A stretch of 64,000 bases of DNA from NCBI GenBank assembly GCA_015233155.1, contig JADFYG010000002.1, positions 110,734 through 174,733 of the forward strand, given 5' to 3'. The notes beneath the pieces were generated by a model, which searched no databases, was not told the origin of the DNA, and saw only the letters and a program-made list of their open reading frames with translations. Shown piece after piece: positions 57,829 through 64,000 of the stretch. Both the position numbers and the translations under genes were made by a program. The stretch comes from Candidatus Rifleibacteriota bacterium (GTDB lineage: Bacteria > Muiribacteriota > Ozemobacteria > Ozemobacterales > Ozemobacteraceae). The stretch's first letter is position 1. Each line of letters begins with the position of its first letter.

Positions 57829-60800
57829 CTATTTGTATGCCGGTTTATTATCCGATTTACTGAATCGTCGAAGTACATTCTCAATAGTTTCCATGCTTAC
57901 AGGTTTGGCTAGATAATCGTCCATACCCGCTTCTATGCAATGGTCACGATCTCCGGACATGGCCATGGCAGTCAAAGCAATCACCGGAGTGTGTGATCGT
58001 CCTTCAGCGGCTTCTATGCTGCGAATTGTATGAGTCGCGGTGAAACCATCCATTTCAGGCATCTGGCAATCCATGAGAATCAAATCGAACTTCTTTCGTT
58101 TGAAACATTCTATTGCCGAAAAACCAGTTTCCGCGACTTCGACACGACAGCCAAAACATGAAATCATGGACGTCATAACTTTTTGGTTGACTACATTGTC
58201 TTCGGCAAGCAGCAAATCCATGTCATATCGATCACCGGCAATATCAGGCTTATGGGCTTCTGATGAAGCTGCTGAGTGAATATTTCCGGTCGGGATGGCG
58301 CTACCTGTCGACAAAAATTCATCGCTCTGACGAGCGATTGTTGGTGGAACTTCCTTTGGATTAACATTTTTATCGGGCAGTATCTTCGAATCTTCACTCG
58401 GAGCCATTGGCAAATCCAGATTGATGATGAATGTCGAACCTTCATTTACTCGACTGGTAAAGTCCATTGTTCCACCCATAAGATCAATCAATTGTTTGGA
58501 AATGGCCAAGCCAAGGCCGGTTCCGCCAAACTGTCGTGTTATCGTGGAGCTACCCTGCGAAAATTTCTGAAACATGGTGGCCTTTTGACTGTCCGGAATT
58601 CCTATTCCTGTATCTGAGACTTCGATGCGTATTCGCGCGTGCCCGGTCGAAGTGTCGATTGCAAAAACATCAACTGTTACGCGACCGCGTTCCGTAAATT
58701 TTATGGCATTGCCAACCAGGTTGGTGAGAATCTGGCGCAAGCGGCCGGGATCACCCAGGAATCGCCGGGGAGTCTCAGGTGAATATCGGACCAAAAACTC
58801 GAGATTTTTTTGTTCAGCGGAGGTGGAAAGAAGGCGGCGAATTGAATCGACGACAGTGGAAAGATCAAAGGGAATTATTTCGAGCGTCATTTTCCCTGCC
58901 TGGATTTTTGAAAAATCCAGTATGTCATTGATAATAGTCAGGAGAGCATTGGCTGATCCCAGGATAGTCTGGACCCATTCGCGTTCGCGCGGTGCCATGG
59001 ACGACTCGAGCAGTAATTCCGAGAAACCTATAATGCTGTTCATCGGGGTACGAATCTCATGTGACATGTTAGCCAGAAACTGGCTTTTGGCACTGTTAGC
59101 GATTTTAGCCTGTTCAAGCGCTTCGGCCAAATGTTTCTGATTTCTTTCAAGATCATTTTGTATCGACTTTTGCATTGTCAGATCGACGATAATGCCCACG
59201 AATTTATTGATCCTGCCATCCCTTTCCACGATCGGATTCAACGCAACCTGACAGGAAAGCAACGCGCCAGTGCGTGGGTGGACATATTCCGAGTCGAACA
59301 TCACTCGCTTCCCCTGCAACGACTGTTCAATGGATTTCTCGATGATCGGTTCGAAACCGTTTGGCCATATTTCGCAGAAATGATGTCCGATTATTGTTTC
59401 TGGATCGCGCCCAAGCCATTCAAGACCGGTTGGATTAACCGTACGACATTTTCCTTCGAAATCGAATAGAATTATGCAGTTCGGGGATCCCTGAACTATT
59501 GTGTGATACAAACTTTCGCTGGCTGTACGCAGTTCAGCTGATTCCTGAATATTTTCGAACGCGATGAAGCTCCCTATTAGCCCGAGGCTTAACAGCAACA
59601 TTACGATGATTCCGAAGAATCTGGCTATTGGAATTTCCTCGGATGGCCGAATAATAACCGTACTCCAGCCACTGATTTCAACCGGTGTACGCGTGATAAA
59701 CGCAGGGCGTTTTTCCCAGGAAATAATTCCTTCCTCCGGAACGGAATCAGCAAACAATGGTTTGCCGATAAGACTACCGAACCCGGAACCTGCGGAAAGA
59801 TCGGCTACTTTCGCGACTTCAGATGCTGAGAGAGGCCGAATCGGTCGGAATAAAAAATCGGGGTGGTTAGCTGCGAAAATAATTCCAAATGGATCCACCA
59901 ACATGCATGGAATGTCGTCACGCAGAAGCTGGGCCATATTCACCAACGGATTTTTTACCACGGCCGCTCCAATGGTGCCACCGGTTGGATGAAATATCGG
60001 ACAGCTTGCAAACATAGCCGGAAATTTAGAGTTCGCATCATACGCAATATATCGAGTCGGGAAGCCTCTCATGGATCTAAAGAAATATTTGCGGAACACA
60101 TCTGATGTTCCGGACGCACCTTCGGAGGAATCACTACTCGAAGTCGTCATTACTGCTCCACTCTCGTTCATGAGATAACAAGTGGAATTCTTGAATGGTA
60201 AGGAAAGACGGACGACCAGATCGTGAGCCTCAGAGACTACATTAACACATGGTTTAACTGATTTGCAGATTTCCAGGGCCTCCGGTGCGCGTGAAAGAAT
60301 TCCGGCTACGCGCTCTGTTTCGGTGAATACCTGATTTAATCTTTCGGCTATAACGCCTGAATATAAGCGTGCCGCCTGGGAGATCGAGGAATGAGCCAAC
60401 TGACCCAGCAAACATACCCCCCCCCAACCGGCGGTCAGAAGACAGAAAAGCATTACCGTGACACGTGGGCCATAACTGATTCTACGGCCATGCTGAGTTT
60501 CGCCAAGGGCTTCAAGTTCGTCATTTCCATATCTGCTTTGAGTTCGACAGAAAGCCCATATGCTGATGGTAATCCAGCAGGCTGCGCCGGCTCTCAATAT
60601 TTGGACAGGAATTCCGATTAGTCCCGTGAACGAAGTATAGTTTAGTACATTGGCGGGGAAAAATGGCGCCTCCGGTGTTATGAGACCGCTTACAATTGCA
60701 TAAAAGAGCATTCCGATAGAAGCTCCACCCAGGTAATTAGTGAAAACGCTGCCGCCATTGCCATTTTTCGACGGATATCGATCGATAAAACTTTTTTTAC

Positions 60801-61182
60801 GATTAACGTTCTCAAAGTAAAAAAGGCATCCAGCCAATAATGCACCCGGAAGGCCCAGTGTATAACGTAGAGTTGCATTTGCGCCGGCCGGACCAAACGT
60901 AAATCCGGCAACTCCTGTGGCGATTAGCGGAATATGTATCCATGCCCCGATGGAAAGAGTTTTACTCAAAGCGAGACCGCGTCGCCCGAATTCGAAGAGG
61001 CAAATGAATGAAGAGGCCATGATGATCGTTCGCACGATCGAAAAGCGAAGAGAGTCACCAAATGAGATTGCAACAAGATCGGTCCACTCGGCAAATCCGT
61101 GAATCAATCCAAAGTAAGTAAGCCAGAGCCACGGAAATGCTTTTTCCCGAGCGTGAAAGATTAGCGTTTGCGCCGCAAGCAA
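57829..61182 (-). CDS. Hybrid sensor histidine kinase with large N-terminal multi-TM domain, PAS, HisKA, HATPase_c and C-terminal receiver
   Basis: More than 8 N-terminal TM helices; PAS-like regions; H-box MSHEIRTPMNSIIGFSELL; HATPase G-boxes (GGTGLGLAISKQL); REC domain with DLLLAEDN…LILMDCQMPEMDG. Confidence 0.85.
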   Translation of the reverse strand: MLAAQTLIFHAREKAFPWLWLTYFGLIHGFAEWTDLVAISFGDSLRFSIVRTIIMASSFICLFEFGRRGLALSKTLSIGAWIHIPLIATGVAGFTFGPAGANATLRYTLGLPGALLAGCLFYFENVNRKKSFIDRYPSKNGNGGSVFTNYLGGASIGMLFYAIVSGLITPEAPFFPANVLNYTSFTGLIGIPVQILRAGAACWITISIWAFCRTQSRYGNDELEALGETQHGRRISYGPRVTVMLFCLLTAGWGGVCLLGQLAHSSISQAARLYSGVIAERLNQVFTETERVAGILSRAPEALEICKSVKPCVNVVSEAHDLVVRLSLPFKNSTCYLMNESGAVMTTSSSDSSEGASGTSDVFRKYFFRSMRGFPTRYIAYDANSKFPAMFASCPIFHPTGGTIGAAVVKNPLVNMAQLLRDDIPCMLVDPFGIIFAANHPDFLFRPIRPLSASEVAKVADLSAGSGFGSLIGKPLFADSVPEEGIISWEKRPAFITRTPVEISGWSTVIIRPSEEIPIARFFGIIVMLLLSLGLIGSFIAFENIQESAELRTASESLYHTIVQGSPNCIILFDFEGKCRTVNPTGLEWLGRDPETIIGHHFCEIWPNGFEPIIEKSIEQSLQGKRVMFDSEYVHPRTGALLSCQVALNPIVERDGRINKFVGIIVDLTMQKSIQNDLERNQKHLAEALEQAKIANSAKSQFLANMSHEIRTPMNSIIGFSELLLESSMAPREREWVQTILGSANALLTIINDILDFSKIQAGKMTLEIIPFDLSTVVDSIRRLLSTSAEQKNLEFLVRYSPETPRRFLGDPGRLRQILTNLVGNAIKFTERGRVTVDVFAIDTSTGHARIRIEVSDTGIGIPDSQKATMFQKFSQGSSTITRQFGGTGLGLAISKQLIDLMGGTMDFTSRVNEGSTFIINLDLPMAPSEDSKILPDKNVNPKEVPPTIARQSDEFLSTGSAIPTGNIHSAASSEAHKPDIAGDRYDMDLLLAEDNVVNQKVMTSMISCFGCRVEVAETGFSAIECFKRKKFDLILMDCQMPEMDGFTATHTIRSIEAAEGRSHTPVIALTAMAMSGDRDHCIEAGMDDYLAKPVSMETIENVLRRFSKSDNKPAYK

Positions 61183-61317
61183 TATAAACGAAAGACCGTA
61201 AACGGCGAAAACAAAATCGAGCTGGTTTTGAAAAAAATCCGTCAGATCAATATATCCTTATGATGAAGTTGTAAATATATCCTGTGAGGCACTTACAATA
61301 TTCACGAGATATCACGC

Positions 61318-61346
61318 AGGGGCGGGTTCGAAACCCGCCCCTACAA
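61318..61346. other. Strong GC hairpin (10-bp stem) without U-tract, 3' of the SPFH gene
   Basis: AGGGGCGGGTT-CGAA-ACCCGCCCCT. It is T-arm-like but no tRNA cloverleaf can be built around it. Confidence 0.5.
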
Positions 61347-61409
61347 ATGGACGATGCGTATTCACTCATGATTGCCACATAATTTGGCAAGTTGCTCCTG
61401 TGAATAGCA

Positions 61410-63056
61410 TTAACGGCTCTGGGGAGTCGACTCCTGACTGGGCCCGATGGGGTGCTCAACCTCCGGGGTTGTGATAGAGGTTCCCGGACTTGAAGAAGCG
61501 GAGTTTTCGAGAGTCGCATGAGTACCCGTTCCATCTCTCAGAAGTTTCATGCCGGCAAGATCGGGAATGCCAGCCGTGCCGGAAAGATCGGTCCAAAGTG
61601 TGCCCGGGCCGGAATACATCATACGCAGTTTCAAATCGGGCGACATTTTCCTGGCGAATGAAAAATTTACGAACGCTTTGGGATTATCCCCGAAAGCCTT
61701 GATTTTGGCTTCAATGCCTTTGGATGTTGCCTCACCCTTGAGACGCACTACTGTGGCGGCCGCATCTCCAAGCATAATGGTTTTTGACGCTTCAATCGAG
61801 GCTATTTCTTGTTGCTTCTGTGCCACTTGTAATCGTGTATCGGCCTCGACGCGACCGATTTCCTGGTCGGCTTCGGCCTGTGTAATGTTCACGAGTGCGG
61901 CAGTTTGTGCGGTAACCTCTGCGCGTCTCTGAGCGATCATCGATCTTTCACGCTCGAGATCTCCGGCCGATTTTTTTGTCTCTTCCCAGACTTTGGCCGT
62001 TTTCTCTCTTTCGACAGAGATAAATGATTCGCGAATAGGCATTAACAAGTTATCCGGAATAGTAAGATGACGAATGAACGCTGAATGCACCGTAACATTC
62101 TTCATCTCGCATATGCGCTCCAGTTCATGGGTGAACGTCTGCTGAAATTTTTCGCGCTCCATTCCGAGCAAAAATTCCTTGGCTCCATAACTCGAACCCT
62201 GGATGCGGCCAATGGACTTACTTTGAGGAATTATGATCTTTTCTTCGATAGCCTGTTTGTTTCCGAACTCGACCATTACCTCGGCAACATGCTCGGGAAA
62301 CAGCTCCCATTCAACAGTCGCTTCTATCGTTATGTCGAATGCATCTTTTGATGGAAAACGAATGTTATTTTTATCCAGGAAATTGATCTGATACATTCCG
62401 ACTTCGACTTCCTGAACTCTGAATTCAAGCGGATTCAAATAATACAAACCTGGCGGCAACACATCCTTGTGGACACCGCGTTCGCCCTCGCCCGCAAATA
62501 CGATCCCCGAAGCCGAGGCGTTTTCCTGACCGGGTTTTGCATCTGCCGCCTTGGCAGTTAAAGCTTTTGGCTCCCGACCAACTAATGACGTAACGAAACC
62601 AACATATCCGGCTCGTATCAGCACGGCATCATGCTCCGTGATTACATAACCGTATGGATTCAGGCGATATGCGCCAGGTGTCAGCACGCGGCGGCGCGTT
62701 CCCCGTTCGTCTTCTCCAACGAGGATGGTTCCGGAAGCGGGCAACTTACCAACTTTAGATACGACCACCCCGATCTTACCGGGAGGAATCCTGACGATCG
62801 GTTTGATCTCAGTATGATAGATAACCGGCATAACAAAATGCAGGCCTTCACCGAGAACTTCCTCTAGAACGCCCTTTTGTCCTGGTTTAGCAAGCATCTG
62901 CCCAGAGGGCATTTCATCACCGTTTTTGGAAATAAGCACGAGCATATGACCAGGCGGAACATAGACCATGAACATGCTGTATATAACCGATAAGCAGACG
63001 CCTATCATCAACACCACCACTAATATCATTGAAACAAGATATCTGTTGAATATCAT
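61410..63056 (-). CDS. SPFH/band-7 (flotillin-like) membrane protein
   Basis: N-terminal TM helix, tandem PHB-like segments with repeated LTPGAYRLNPYGY and LPPGLYYLNPLEF motifs, and a C-terminal coiled-coil (AQRRAEVTAQTAALVNITQAEADQEIGRVEA). Confidence 0.8.
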   Translation of the reverse strand: MIFNRYLVSMILVVVLMIGVCLSVIYSMFMVYVPPGHMLVLISKNGDEMPSGQMLAKPGQKGVLEEVLGEGLHFVMPVIYHTEIKPIVRIPPGKIGVVVSKVGKLPASGTILVGEDERGTRRRVLTPGAYRLNPYGYVITEHDAVLIRAGYVGFVTSLVGREPKALTAKAADAKPGQENASASGIVFAGEGERGVHKDVLPPGLYYLNPLEFRVQEVEVGMYQINFLDKNNIRFPSKDAFDITIEATVEWELFPEHVAEVMVEFGNKQAIEEKIIIPQSKSIGRIQGSSYGAKEFLLGMEREKFQQTFTHELERICEMKNVTVHSAFIRHLTIPDNLLMPIRESFISVEREKTAKVWEETKKSAGDLERERSMIAQRRAEVTAQTAALVNITQAEADQEIGRVEADTRLQVAQKQQEIASIEASKTIMLGDAAATVVRLKGEATSKGIEAKIKAFGDNPKAFVNFSFARKMSPDLKLRMMYSGPGTLWTDLSGTAGIPDLAGMKLLRDGTGTHATLENSASSSPGTSITTPEVEHPIGPSQESTPQSR

Positions 63057-63058
63057 TG

Positions 63059-64000
63059 TTAATTTCCTCTCTTCTCTTCATGAGCCGGAATCATGCTCGA
63101 AAAGATGCGCCCGAATATCCCTTCGGTGTTCGCAAATATTGTTCCGATTGACGGTGCAACTCGCATCAGAAACTCGTGATATGCGAATAATTCAGGATTC
63201 TTGAATGCCTCGACAGATTTTCTGAAGGCCTCAGCTTCCGCAGTACTGTTAAGAAGTATAACGTCAGCCTCTGCCTTTCCGCGAGCCAGGGTGGCTTGCG
63301 CTTCTTTCTGCGCAGCTTCGAGGAAAGTTGTTTCCATGAGTAGGCGCCGATTCTGATCAACAAGCGCCACAGTCTGCTTGTTCTTGGCTTCGATAACACG
63401 AACCATATTGGTGGTCTTTGCTTTAACCTTCTCGGTTTCCTGTTTCACCAGTTCTTCGGATCGCGCCAGGTTCTGCTCCGCCTGAGCCTGTTTAAGCTGG
63501 TTCTTGTTGCGATTCAGCTCTTCTTTCGCGATCTCGCGTTCGCGAATTGGTTTCGCTATTTCGAGAGGGGGCTCAATGTCGTTGATCAATACGGATTTTA
63601 TGAAAATGCCTTTCGGCTCGCAGGAAGCTTTTATTTTGGCGATAAGAGTATTTTGAAATAACTGACGAGAGTCGCCGCCGATATACTCGATTGCGGAATA
63701 TTTCGAACCTTCGATGCGTCCGAAGCCGCGAACAGCGGGAATAATAATCTTCTGAAGGATTTCATTCTTTTCCGCTTTCTCGTCAAAGCAACCGACACGT
63801 ACAAAAATTTCTGGAGCGCGAGACTGATCTATTGCCCATTCAATTGTCATCAGCACGTTCATTTCAAAGGCATCGCTCGATGGAAATTTTAGTGCGTCAT
63901 CGCCGGTAAGTTCGAAACGCTGTGAGCGGCAATCCATGATGTCGACATGCTGTATATACGGATGCAGATAATAAGTCCCGGGTGTCAGCACCTTCCTGGA
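63059..64000 (-). CDS. Second SPFH/flotillin-like protein (N-terminus runs off window end)
   Basis: LTPGTYYLHPY motif plus a long coiled-coil (…QAQAEQNLARSEELVKQETEKVKAK…) paralogous to the downstream gene. Partial. Confidence 0.7.
   Translation of the reverse strand, partial: SRKVLTPGTYYLHPYIQHVDIMDCRSQRFELTGDDALKFPSSDAFEMNVLMTIEWAIDQSRAPEIFVRVGCFDEKAEKNEILQKIIIPAVRGFGRIEGSKYSAIEYIGGDSRQLFQNTLIAKIKASCEPKGIFIKSVLINDIEPPLEIAKPIREREIAKEELNRNKNQLKQAQAEQNLARSEELVKQETEKVKAKTTNMVRVIEAKNKQTVALVDQNRRLLMETTFLEAAQKEAQATLARGKAEADVILLNSTAEAEAFRKSVEAFKNPELFAYHEFLMRVAPSIGTIFANTEGIFGRIFSSMIPAHEEKRGN

Noticed and set aside
61318-61346. T-arm-like hairpin (GCGGG-TTCGAAA-CCCGC), considered as a possible tRNA.
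   Set aside because: No complementary acceptor-stem 5' strand, D-arm or anticodon arm can be found upstream. The stem extends to 10 bp, unlike a 5-bp T-stem.

Overview
The window is a 64-kb chromosomal segment from a bacterium of uncertain phylum, roughly 50% GC. It is probably a diderm anaerobe. Evidence for that is an outer-membrane-type protein ending in Phe, many secreted proteins, and a tungsten-type aldehyde:ferredoxin oxidoreductase. Most of the window is protein-coding. A long minus-strand housekeeping operon runs rpiB-upp-dCMP deaminase-murA-HEAT protein-xerD-large outer-membrane protein. On the plus strand are glnA, pcrA/uvrD, a multi-GAF HD-GYP phosphodiesterase, two hsp20 genes, nagB, and a cNMP-binding histidine kinase with an RsbW-like kinase. 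A peptidoglycan-remodelling cluster follows (SpoIID, Amidase_2, YkfB-like epimerase, YkfC-like NlpC/P60). Further on are a ketosynthase-like/hotdog/AGPAT fusion protein, a vWA protein, GNAT, BioY, two atypical Hsp70 paralogs with a DUF2760-like partner, endonuclease V, ferredoxin with aldehyde:ferredoxin oxidoreductase, a large hybrid sensor kinase, and tandem SPFH/flotillin-like genes. No rRNA, tRNA, CRISPR array or clear mobile element was found. The main findings are six. (1) A ~1.15-kb ORF-free, GNRA-rich region at 3987-5130 on the minus strand is bracketed by a near-consensus sigma70 promoter and a canonical intrinsic terminator; it is a candidate novel large structured ncRNA. (2) A ~100-nt palindromic intergenic element occurs in two copies, at the glnA promoter and at the ykfB-like promoter. 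(3) A free-standing degenerate intein-like ORF lies immediately upstream of pcrA. (4) A sigma54-type promoter with upstream palindromes drives hsp20. (5) An unusual ketosynthase-like/hotdog/AGPAT fusion protein stands alone at 38861-41980. (6) An Hsp70-Hsp70-DUF2760 cluster lies at 45904-51348. All calls rest on reading the sequence and translated motifs by eye; no database searches were run.
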